Assembly (NCBI GenBank): GCA_036742015.1
Contig: DAINRF010000005.1
Coordinates: 35,627 to 99,626 of the forward strand
Origin: Mesorhizobium sp.
GTDB taxonomy: Bacteria; Pseudomonadota; Alphaproteobacteria; Rhizobiales; Rhizobiaceae
Direction of reading: 5' to 3'
Length of the DNA stretch: 64,000 bases
Numbering within the stretch: position 1 is the first letter of the stretch; each line of letters opens with the position of its first letter. Below are positions 45,158 to 53,431 of the stretch, one piece after another. Under the pieces are notes generated by a model. It was not told the DNA's origin. It did not search any database and saw only the letters and a program-made list of their open reading frames with translations. The translations under genes and the position numbers were made by a program.

Positions 45158-46096
45158 TCAAAGCCTGACGCGCGGATCAATGGCCGCGGTTAACAGATCG
45201 ACGATCAAAGTGACGAGCACGGTCGCAAATGCGAAGACCAGCGTCAGGCCCTGAACAAGATAGTAGTCGCGGCCAAGCAAGGCGCCGATCAGCAAAGAAC
45301 CGAGGCCCGGGACGGCATAGACCGTCTCGACAATGATGGCGCCACCGATCAGGAATGCGACCATGACGCCGAGCAGATTGAGCGTCGGCAGGATGGCATT
45401 GGGGAGGACAGTCTTCCAGAAAATCTCCCGTTCGCTTGCACCTTGGGCGCGAGCGGCCGTGACAAAATCGGCCCCTGCCCTGTCGATCAGTGCGGCGCGC
45501 AAATTTTGGGTCAGCACGGGCACGACCCAGATGGCTGTCGACAACGCGGGCAGGAAAAGATGGTAGAGGTGTCCGCCAAATCCGTTACCGTAACCTGAGA
45601 CCGGGAACCAGCCGAGCGACACACCGAAGAAGCGCGACATCATGATGCCCAGCCAGAAAACCGGGATCGCCATGCCAACGACGCCAATCAGACGGATCGC
45701 CTGATCGGCAAGGCCGCCCTGGTTGCGGGCGCTGATAATCGCCAGGACAATTGTTGGCGGCACTGCAAGGCACACAACATAGCCCGTAAGAAATAGTGTT
45801 GGCCACATGAACCGTTGAATCAGGTCGGCCACCGGCTGCTGGAACCGCAAGGATCGGCCGAAATCGCCGCCGAGCAGGTTCTGGACATAGACCAGGAATT
45901 GCTGCCAAAGCGGCAGATCGAGCCCATATTGCAGGCGAATTGCGGCGATGGTCTCGGGGCTCGCCCGCTCGCCCGCCAGCATCCGGGCCGGGTCGCCCGG
46001 CGCCAGCCGAAGCAGCAGGAAGGTGATGACAGCGACGCCTGCCATCACCCCCACCAGCTGCAGCAGCCGCAGCGTTATTGTGGACAGGACTTTCAA
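45158..46096 (-). CDS. peptide-type ABC transporter permease (DppB/OppB-like)
   Basis: LRLAPGDPARMLAG motif and a polytopic body. The track ORF (to 46192) has no plausible ATG near the conserved start. TTG at 46096 (MKVLSTITLRLLQ), with GGAG upstream, gives a family-typical length, but the start is uncertain. Confidence 0.8.
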   Translation of the reverse strand: MKVLSTITLRLLQLVGVMAGVAVITFLLLRLAPGDPARMLAGERASPETIAAIRLQYGLDLPLWQQFLVYVQNLLGGDFGRSLRFQQPVADLIQRFMWPTLFLTGYVVCLAVPPTIVLAIISARNQGGLADQAIRLIGVVGMAIPVFWLGIMMSRFFGVSLGWFPVSGYGNGFGGHLYHLFLPALSTAIWVVPVLTQNLRAALIDRAGADFVTAARAQGASEREIFWKTVLPNAILPTLNLLGVMVAFLIGGAIIVETVYAVPGLGSLLIGALLGRDYYLVQGLTLVFAFATVLVTLIVDLLTAAIDPRVRL

Positions 46097-46166
46097 TGCC
46101 GTACCACTCCGCCAATCAGCCAGGCCCCTGACCCTGTCAGGTCTGATCGGGGCCGGCTCGCCGGGT

Positions 46167-47711
46167 TCATTTGACGATGGTTGCGTCCTCAAGCGTCCAC
46201 TGCAGCGACGGCAACAGCTTCACGCCCTGGACCCTCTTCGAATAGGCGACCGCGTTCGGCGCGTAGTAGAGCGGGATTTGCGACACTTCCTCGGTCGTTA
46301 TCTTCTGGATGTCCTTGTAGATGGCGGCGCGTTTGGCCGGGTCGGCCTCCTTGGTGCCCTGCTCGACAAGCTCGTCAACCTTCGGATTGTTGTAGAAGGT
46401 GTTGTAGGAATTTGACCCGCAGGAGCCGCAGACAGCCCAGCGGACGGCCAGATCGGGATCTGGTGTCTCGTTGTACCACCAGTTGGCGGCGGCGTCGTAG
46501 TCTCCTTTGCCGGTTGCATCCCACCATGCGCCACCATCAACATTGACGATGACAGGCTTGAAGCCGACGGCCTGCCACTGCGCCTGCAAAAGCAACGCCA
46601 TCTGCTGGGCCGGCGCGTCTGCCGTCGCCAGGATCTTGACCTCGCGGCCAGCCATGCCGGACTCAGCCAGCAGTTCTTTTGCCTTTGCCGGGTCGTATGG
46701 AATGCCGGGGTATTCGGCATCGTGGAAATCCAGACCACCGGGCAGCGTCGTATTGGCCGGCGTCGCATAGCCAAACGTGATTGCCTTGGTGATCGCCTTG
46801 TTGTCGATGGCATAAGCGGCCGCCTGCCGCGCCTTCATGTTCGAGAATGGCTCACGCTTTTCACTGAGCAGCGTCATGTAGATTGTCGTTGACGGCTCAA
46901 GCCGCATGTCGATTGTGTCGACCTTCTTCAAGGCGTCGATCTGTGACCATGGCACGGCGCGCATGACGTCCACTTCGCCGGCCGTCAGCATCGCCTGGCG
47001 TGTTTCCGGCGAGGCGATTTCCATCAACTCAACAGTGGCGTCGGCCTTCGGAAAACCTTCGCGCCAGTAATGCTGATTGGGCTCCAGCACCAGCTTTTCG
47101 TTCGGCTTCCATTCCTTGACCGCATAGGGGCCGGACGTCAGCGGCGCAGTGACAAAAGCCTCTTCGCCGCGCTTGTCGAAGTCGGCCTTGGAAACGATGC
47201 CCATGTTCCAGATTTCAAGGTTGCCGAGAAATGGCGCGAACGGCGATTTGAGTTTGACAACGACCGTCTTCGGATCAGCCGCGCTGATCGTGTCGAGCGC
47301 GCCGAGCGGCGCCGGATAGGCCGACTTTGCATCGCTGCGAATGCGCTCGAGACTGAAGACCACATCATCGGCGGTGATGTCCGAACCATCGGAGAATTTG
47401 GCCTCACGCAGGTGGAACGTGTAAGTCAGGCCGTCTGCCGATATTTCCCATTTTTCGGCAAGGCCGGGCTCCAGCGCGCCGGACTCCGAGTTGCGGCGAA
47501 GAAGCCGCGAATAGAGTTGGCCGTAAGTTTCAATATTGCCCGCCGCAGCCGATCGCATCGGGTCGAGCGTTGTCGTCTGATAAGGCGAAACGACGCGTAT
47601 CACATCTGCCGCCCATGCCGGCGATGTAACGCCAAGAGCGGCAACCAGCAAAGCAGTTCCGCTCAATGTCGCGCAAAGCGCAGTCTTTTGACCTTTGAAC
47701 CAAGAATTCAT
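46167..47711 (-). CDS. peptide/nickel-type ABC transporter substrate-binding protein (family 5)
   Basis: Signal peptide ...LLVAALGVTSPAWAADV, 514 aa, GGGAGGAG RBS, family-5 SBP pattern. Confidence 0.9.
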   Translation of the reverse strand: MNSWFKGQKTALCATLSGTALLVAALGVTSPAWAADVIRVVSPYQTTTLDPMRSAAAGNIETYGQLYSRLLRRNSESGALEPGLAEKWEISADGLTYTFHLREAKFSDGSDITADDVVFSLERIRSDAKSAYPAPLGALDTISAADPKTVVVKLKSPFAPFLGNLEIWNMGIVSKADFDKRGEEAFVTAPLTSGPYAVKEWKPNEKLVLEPNQHYWREGFPKADATVELMEIASPETRQAMLTAGEVDVMRAVPWSQIDALKKVDTIDMRLEPSTTIYMTLLSEKREPFSNMKARQAAAYAIDNKAITKAITFGYATPANTTLPGGLDFHDAEYPGIPYDPAKAKELLAESGMAGREVKILATADAPAQQMALLLQAQWQAVGFKPVIVNVDGGAWWDATGKGDYDAAANWWYNETPDPDLAVRWAVCGSCGSNSYNTFYNNPKVDELVEQGTKEADPAKRAAIYKDIQKITTEEVSQIPLYYAPNAVAYSKRVQGVKLLPSLQWTLEDATIVK

Positions 47712-47755
47712 CGCGTTTCTCCTCCCTTGAGCAGCGGGTCAGTTCAGGATGGTAT

Positions 47756-47799
47756 GTTAGAATATTCCCACGTGTCAATAAATTTGCAATATTTCTAAC
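47756..47799. promoter_or_regulatory. inverted repeat GTTAGAATATT-N21-AATATTTCTAAC upstream of the peptide-ABC/amidase operon (candidate operator)
   Basis: Arms at 47756-47766 and 47788-47799 (one extra T in the right arm). A CACGTG core lies in the spacer. It sits 45-88 nt upstream of the ATG at 47711. Confidence 0.4.
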
Positions 47800-47972
47800 A
47801 TCGATGTGCCGACGGGCGTTTGTGACGCCAGCGACAGGGGTGGCCCGTCGAGCGATCCAACACAGAGATGAGTTTCCGGAGAAACGGGTGAAGCGTTTCC
47901 GAACAACCATCAATCCTGGACGAACCAGCAATCACACATATCGGTTGTCGAATTGCCGGCTGGCGGACCCGG

Positions 47973-49214
47973 TCAGGTCACAGCAGATCGCACCGCATAG
48001 CGGTCATTTTTCCATGCGCCGGATCGCAAGATGTCTGACAGAATGTCGACCGCAGACCAGACATCCTCAAAGCTTGTGTAAAGCGGCGTGAAACCGAAAC
48101 GAAGCGTTGCGGGCGCCCGGAAGTCGCCGATCACGCCGCGTCCGATGAGCGCTTGCATGATGGCGTAAGCCCCATCATGGGCAAACGACACCTGACTGCC
48201 CCGCTGGCTTGCATTTCGGGTCGTCTCAAGAGACAAACCCTGCCCTGCGCATCGTGCCTCGACCAGTTCGATAAACAGGCTGGTCAATGCCATGCTCTTG
48301 GCGCGCAATGCCGCCATATCGACATCGTCCCAGACTGCCATCGCGCCCTGCAGCGCCCGCATCGCCAGCATCGACTGCGTGCCGCACTGGAAATTCCGGA
48401 TGCCATGATCTGCGTCAAAACCGCGCTCAAACGCAAAGGGCCTGGCATGCGCCCACCAGCCCGACAATGGCTGCCGCGCCATCGTCTGGTGGCGTTTGGC
48501 GACATAGATGAACGCGGGCGAGCCAGGCCCGCCATTGAGATATTTATAGGTGCAGCCGACTGCAAAATCGGCATCGCTGGCGTCCAGCTCGACAGGCAGT
48601 GCGCCCGCCGAATGGCAAAGATCCCAGACAATGAGTGCGCCAGCATCATGGGCGCGCCGGGTCAACGCCGACATGTCGCGCAGCGAACCTGTCTTGTAAT
48701 TCACCTGATTGACCAGCACGACCGCGACGCTGTCGTCGATCAGCTCTTCGATTGCCGGCGCGTCGACCCCTTCCAGCCGCAACGTCGCGCCTGGAATTGT
48801 CGAGATCACGCCTTCGGCGATGTAGAGGTCGGTTGGAAAACTGCCGCCTTCTGCTACGACAATCTTGCGGTCGGGGCGCAAGCCCATTGCAGCGTGCAAG
48901 GCCTTGTAGATGTTTATCGAGGTCGTGTCGGCGACAACGGTCTGGCCTTCGCCTGCCCCGATCAGGCGACCTATGCGGTCACCCAGCTTCACCGGCAGGT
49001 CAAACCATCCGGCGGTGTTCCAACTCTTGATCAGGTCCTGGCCCCATTCAACGCGCGACACCTGATCGAGCGCGGCAAACGCGGCAGGTTGCGCTGCACC
49101 AAGCGAATTGCCGTCGAGATAGATGACGCCTTCGGGGATGACAAACGAGTTGCGTTTCGCCGCAAGCGGGTCCGCGGCATCCATGGCGCGCGCCGCCTCA
49201 AAATCGATTGCCAT
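47973..49214 (-). CDS. kynU: kynureninase
   Basis: VIYLDGNSLGA, SFPTDLY, DLCHSAGALPV and GCTYKYLNGGPGSPAF (PLP-Lys region) characteristic of kynureninase; 413 aa. Confidence 0.85.
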   Translation of the reverse strand: MAIDFEAARAMDAADPLAAKRNSFVIPEGVIYLDGNSLGAAQPAAFAALDQVSRVEWGQDLIKSWNTAGWFDLPVKLGDRIGRLIGAGEGQTVVADTTSINIYKALHAAMGLRPDRKIVVAEGGSFPTDLYIAEGVISTIPGATLRLEGVDAPAIEELIDDSVAVVLVNQVNYKTGSLRDMSALTRRAHDAGALIVWDLCHSAGALPVELDASDADFAVGCTYKYLNGGPGSPAFIYVAKRHQTMARQPLSGWWAHARPFAFERGFDADHGIRNFQCGTQSMLAMRALQGAMAVWDDVDMAALRAKSMALTSLFIELVEARCAGQGLSLETTRNASQRGSQVSFAHDGAYAIMQALIGRGVIGDFRAPATLRFGFTPLYTSFEDVWSAVDILSDILRSGAWKNDRYAVRSAVT

Positions 49215-49217
49215 GAA

Positions 49218-50144
49218 CTACTCCCGCGTTGTTTCGCGTGCAACTGCAGGCCCACGCTTCAGCTTCAGGCTTGGCAGCGCCAGCATGGCGAGCACGAACA
49301 GGCCAGTTGCCAGTTTCAGGTCCGGCGGCGGCATGCCCGCAGCGAGACAAAGCGAGACGAGCTGATAGTAGACAATCGCCCCAACGAAGGGGGCCGCCAC
49401 CTGGCGCAGCACAGTCTGCTTGCCGACAATCGCTTCGCCGATCATCAGCGCCGCCAACCCGTTGATCAGGATGCCAAGCCCCATGTTGACGTCCGCAAAG
49501 CCTTGGCTTTGCACCATCAGCGCGCCGGCTATTGCCGAGAAAGCACCGGCCAACCCCACACCGCCGATGGTCGCTGCCCAGACATTGATGCCCTGAGCTT
49601 CCGCCATGTCAGGGTTTGCGCCGACGGCTCGCACCGCTGTGCCCTGCTCTGTCTTGAAGAACATGTTGAGCGCCACAAAGACCAGCAGCCCGATCAGACC
49701 CGCGATGATGATCTTCGCCGCTGGAAAGCCTGGCTGCACGAAGGGCGCCCAGTCAAACACTGTCGTCTTGCCAAACACAGACAAGTTCGACACCCCCATC
49801 AGTCTCAGATTGATCGAATAGAGCATCGTCATCATCAATATGCCCGCCAGCAGAGTATGGATGCGGAACCTGAGGTGGATGAAGGCGGTGCAACAGCCAG
49901 CGGCAAAGCCCGCCAGTAGCGCGGCAAGGATCGCTGTCAACGGCCCGGCGCCTGCCGCCAGCAGCACACCGCAGACACAGCCACCCAGCGGAAATGCGCC
50001 TTCGCTCGTGAGATCAGGAAAATTCAGCGTGCGGAACGGGATCATGATGCCCAGCACCACAAAGGCCAGGATCAGACTTTGCGCCAGCGTCACCGGCACC
50101 AGCGCATAGAAGGTCGAGAGCGTGTTTGTGAGAAAATCCATCAT
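49218..50144 (-). CDS. ABC transporter permease (COG4120-type)
   Basis: 308-aa polytopic protein. Its stop lies 3 nt upstream of the kynureninase start. Confidence 0.85.
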   Translation of the reverse strand: MMDFLTNTLSTFYALVPVTLAQSLILAFVVLGIMIPFRTLNFPDLTSEGAFPLGGCVCGVLLAAGAGPLTAILAALLAGFAAGCCTAFIHLRFRIHTLLAGILMMTMLYSINLRLMGVSNLSVFGKTTVFDWAPFVQPGFPAAKIIIAGLIGLLVFVALNMFFKTEQGTAVRAVGANPDMAEAQGINVWAATIGGVGLAGAFSAIAGALMVQSQGFADVNMGLGILINGLAALMIGEAIVGKQTVLRQVAAPFVGAIVYYQLVSLCLAAGMPPPDLKLATGLFVLAMLALPSLKLKRGPAVARETTRE

Positions 50145-50153
50145 CGCCCCCGC

Positions 50154-50933
50154 TCAGTTACCAAGCAACATACGGTCGGTCTTGACTGCAAATTTGCCAA
50201 CGAGGTCGGGCACGGTCATCCGGGCCTTTTCCTCGCCCTTGATGTCGAGCTTCACCTTGCCGGCGTCGAGCATGATGATGCTGTCGCCAAAGTCGATCGC
50301 GTGCTGCATGTTGTGTGTCACCATCAGCGTCGTCAGCTTCAGCGCCTCGACCGCGCGCACAGTCGCCTGCATCACAATGTCCGCAGTGCGCGGATCGAGT
50401 GCCGCCGTATGCTCGTCAAGCAGCAACAATTCAGGGTCGCCATCGACTGCCATGATCAGCGACAGCGACTGGCGCTGACCGCCCGACAAAAGATCGACGC
50501 GTGTATCGAGCCGGTTTTCAAGGCCAAGCGCGAGCATCGACAGCCGGTCACGGTAGTGGGCCAGACGTTTCGGGTTCAGCCCGCGCCTGAGCGTGCGGTT
50601 CTTGCTGCGCAGTTCGGCCAACAGCATGTTTTCCGCCACCGTCATCGACGCTGCCGTGCCCTTCATCGGGTCCTGAAACACGCGCGCAATGCGTCTGGCC
50701 CGCTTGTGCACCGGCACGTCGGTTACGTCGTCGCCATTGATCAGCACCTTGCCGCTATCGAGCACAAGCGCGCCGGAAATCGCATTGAGCATCGAGCTTT
50801 TTCCGGCGCCGTTGGAACCGATGACGACACCGAACTCGCCGGTCGCCAGTTTCAGGTCGAGGCCGTCAAGCGCAATCTTCTCGTCGGGCAAGCCCTTGTA
50901 GAAAAGCTTTCGTGCGGATCGGATTTCCAGCAT
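50154..50933 (-). CDS. ABC transporter ATP-binding protein (COG1101-type)
   Basis: Walker A GSNGAGKSS, signature LSGGQRQSLSL, LLLLDEHTAALD. ATG 50933 (MLEIRSA) follows GGGGAGGGG; the track ORF opens at TTG 50975. Confidence 0.9.
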   Translation of the reverse strand: MLEIRSARKLFYKGLPDEKIALDGLDLKLATGEFGVVIGSNGAGKSSMLNAISGALVLDSGKVLINGDDVTDVPVHKRARRIARVFQDPMKGTAASMTVAENMLLAELRSKNRTLRRGLNPKRLAHYRDRLSMLALGLENRLDTRVDLLSGGQRQSLSLIMAVDGDPELLLLDEHTAALDPRTADIVMQATVRAVEALKLTTLMVTHNMQHAIDFGDSIIMLDAGKVKLDIKGEEKARMTVPDLVGKFAVKTDRMLLGN

Positions 50934-50993
50934 CTGCCCCTCCCCAAACATTTGCGGCGCCAGATGGCGCCGCAAACAGTTTCCACGTCTTGA

Positions 50994-51977
50994 TCAGTCG
51001 ACGATGCAACCGCAATCGGCCAGCGAAGCCGGAATTTCGACGCCGAACGCCGCCATCGCCTTCTTTGAGATCACAGGTGCGTGGTCCTCGTAGGCCGGGC
51101 GGAAAGGCGCGATCGTCTTCGGGGCCTTGCCGCCGAGAATCTCGGCCGCAATCTTGCCGGCGGCGGCACCAACCTGGCTGTAATTGACCGAGAAGCTGGC
51201 GGGCACGACGCCGTTACGAACCGCGCTGTCGTCGGAATTGACGATCGGGATGCCTGCCTGGCGCGCAGCCGCCGATACTGCGGCGACAGCGGGTTGCAAC
51301 AAGTTTGACGCACCGACATAGATGACGTCCGCCTTCCCAGAGAGCGAGGCGATGCGCTGCTGGATGTCGTTGACATTGTCAACGCCGACTTCGGCAATCT
51401 CCAGGCCGGTGGCAGCGGCTGCCTCCTTGGCCTTTTCGAGCATCGCGACGTCATTGGCTTCGCCTGGATTGTAAGGCAAGCCGATGCGCTTGGCGTTCGG
51501 AAAAAGCTTCTTGGTAAACTCGAACACTGCCGCCATATCCTGCAGGTCGGACGCGCCGGTCATTCCCTCATCGCCCGCTTCCCAGGACGGTGTCAGCTTT
51601 GCGGCGACCGGGTCTGTGACGGCGGAGAAGACGATATTGATGCCGGACCCCGCCAGCGCTTTCTTAGCGATCTGCGAAACAGGGGTCGTCACGGTGTAGA
51701 TAAGCTTCGGATTATCGGCCTGAAGCTTTGCAATCATCTGCGGCACAAGGCTGGCGTCGAAATTGGTGTGGCTTTCGACGTAGCCCACCTTTTCCCCTTC
51801 CGGGTATCCATTGTCGGCCAGGCCTTTCTTGAAGCCGGCAATAGCGGCAGCCAGCTGCGGATGCTCACCGAAATTGGCGACGCCGATCTTGATTTCCTGT
51901 GCTGACGCGCCACCGGCGATCGCAAGACCGCTGGCAAGAACGAGACCTGCAGCAAAACGCTGAAACTTTGATTTCAT
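50994..51977 (-). CDS. ABC transporter substrate-binding protein (COG2984 / ABC_sub_bind-type)
   Basis: Signal peptide MKSKFQRFAAGLVLASGLAIAGGASA after a GGGAGGA RBS. First gene of a 4-gene operon. Confidence 0.85.
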   Translation of the reverse strand: MKSKFQRFAAGLVLASGLAIAGGASAQEIKIGVANFGEHPQLAAAIAGFKKGLADNGYPEGEKVGYVESHTNFDASLVPQMIAKLQADNPKLIYTVTTPVSQIAKKALAGSGINIVFSAVTDPVAAKLTPSWEAGDEGMTGASDLQDMAAVFEFTKKLFPNAKRIGLPYNPGEANDVAMLEKAKEAAAATGLEIAEVGVDNVNDIQQRIASLSGKADVIYVGASNLLQPAVAAVSAAARQAGIPIVNSDDSAVRNGVVPASFSVNYSQVGAAAGKIAAEILGGKAPKTIAPFRPAYEDHAPVISKKAMAAFGVEIPASLADCGCIVD

Positions 51978-52045
51978 GACTGTTCCTCCCGAACACAAAT
52001 GAAGTGTGCCGCAACGATAGGCATGATGGGAACGGGCGTCAATGC

Positions 52046-52086
52046 ATTATATATAATTGCGCAGAATGGCTGTTTGAATATATATT
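52046..52086. promoter_or_regulatory. two AT-only palindromes, each followed by TGCG, in the SBP/GntR divergent region
   Basis: ATTATATATAAT (52046-52057) and AATATATATT (52077-52086), read directly. Possible -10 elements and/or a GntR operator. Confidence 0.35.
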
Positions 52087-52092
52087 GCGACC

Positions 52093-52815
52093 GTGCACAA
52101 CACGAACCCGACCGAAAAAGCAGTTACCAAGACCGAGTCTGCCTATCGGCTTCTGCGCGGAGAAATCCTGCGTGCCCGGCTTCGGCCTGGCGCGCCGCTC
52201 AAGCTGGAGGCTCTGCGCTCCACGTACAAACTAGGCTGGACCCCATTGCGCGAAGCGCTGTCGCGGCTTGAAGCCGAAGGGCTGGTGCGCGCTATCAGCA
52301 ATCGTGGCTTTGCCGTTGCACCGGTTTCGCTTCCCGAACTGGAAGATCTGACCCGGGCGCGTCTGGTTGTCGAGCTCCCGTTGCTTGCAGAAGCCATCGC
52401 AAAAGGCGGGCGCGACTGGGAGGACCAGATCGTCACGGCGCACTATCGATTGTCGCGTGCAACAGTTGACGCAGCACGAACTTCAGAAGCCGAGATCGAC
52501 GAATGGGAGGAGAAGCACGAAGCCTTTCACAGAGCCCTGATTGGCGCCGCAGCGTCCGGCTGGCTGATGCGCTTTCGAGCCACTATCTCAGACCAGCTGC
52601 GCCGCCACCACCGCGTACTCAGCCTGGCTCCCACACTGCGTGCCAACGAGAGCGGCAAGGCAAATCCGGAGACGATCGCCGCACTGCGCGAGGCGATGTC
52701 GATCGACAATCATACAGCTTTGATGAATGCGGCACTTGACCGGAACGACGCACTGGCGCGGCAGCTGATGACCGAGCACATCGGTTACACCCTGGACGTC
52801 TACAATCGCTCGTGA
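52093..52815 (+). CDS. GntR family transcriptional regulator (FadR/FCD subfamily)
   Basis: Winged-HTH ESAYRLLRGEILRARLRPGAPLKLEALRSTYKLGWTPLREALSRLEAEGLV plus a helical FCD-like C-terminal domain. GTG start. Confidence 0.85.
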   Translation: MHNTNPTEKAVTKTESAYRLLRGEILRARLRPGAPLKLEALRSTYKLGWTPLREALSRLEAEGLVRAISNRGFAVAPVSLPELEDLTRARLVVELPLLAEAIAKGGRDWEDQIVTAHYRLSRATVDAARTSEAEIDEWEEKHEAFHRALIGAAASGWLMRFRATISDQLRRHHRVLSLAPTLRANESGKANPETIAALREAMSIDNHTALMNAALDRNDALARQLMTEHIGYTLDVYNRS

Positions 52816-52872
52816 GCGCCCTGCCCGGCAGCCGTGTGGCTGATGGACTGCCCCAATTGAACCTGAAAGGGT

Positions 52873-53346
52873 CTAGGCGCGCGGAATATTGACCGCCAGC
52901 CCCGTCTTCACCTTGTCCATCGACACAAAGGTCCGGAATTTCCGGACATTGCCGCCTTGAAACAGGATCCGCCGTGTGAAGTCCTCATAGGCCGCCATGC
53001 TCTCGACCACAACAACCAGCATGAAGTCTGCCTCGCCGGTCACATAAAAACACTGCTGCACCTCCGGCGCATCGCGGAACCTGCGTTTCATCTGGTCAAT
53101 CTCGTCCGGCGTTTCACTGACGAGTTCAACCTGGACAAAGATCGTCAGCGGCAGGCCGATCTTGTCTGGCGCAACGATGGCCACATTGGCGGCAATGACG
53201 CCGTCAGCCTCCATGCGGCGGATGCGCCGCTGCACCGAGGGCGCGGACAAGTTGACCGCCTCGCCGATCTCGCGCTGCGGCGTCAGGTTGTTTTGCTGCA
53301 GGATGCGCAGGATCGCCAGGTCAAATGCATCAAGTTCGCTCATCAT
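52873..53346 (-). CDS. Lrp/AsnC family transcriptional regulator
   Basis: LDAFDLAILRILQQNNLTPQREIGEAVNLSAPSVQRRIRRMEADGVI HTH plus a RAM domain. Divergent from the DAP-lyase operon. Confidence 0.9.
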   Translation of the reverse strand: MMSELDAFDLAILRILQQNNLTPQREIGEAVNLSAPSVQRRIRRMEADGVIAANVAIVAPDKIGLPLTIFVQVELVSETPDEIDQMKRRFRDAPEVQQCFYVTGEADFMLVVVVESMAAYEDFTRRILFQGGNVRKFRTFVSMDKVKTGLAVNIPRA

Positions 53347-53431
53347 GAAACAAACTTGCACAAACCACCCCGAAATCCAGCGCCTTTTTCACGGTCCTTG
53401 AAGTATGTTTTCTCCAGAAATGGAGAGCGTC

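Noticed and set aside
48153-49919. 588-aa ORF on the plus strand running antisense across kynureninase and the ABC permease
   Set aside because: It is Arg/His/Gln/Asp-rich and low in complexity, with no recognisable motif. It lies exactly antisense to two well-supported genes and crosses their 3-nt junction. This is the typical open antisense frame of a GC3-rich genome.
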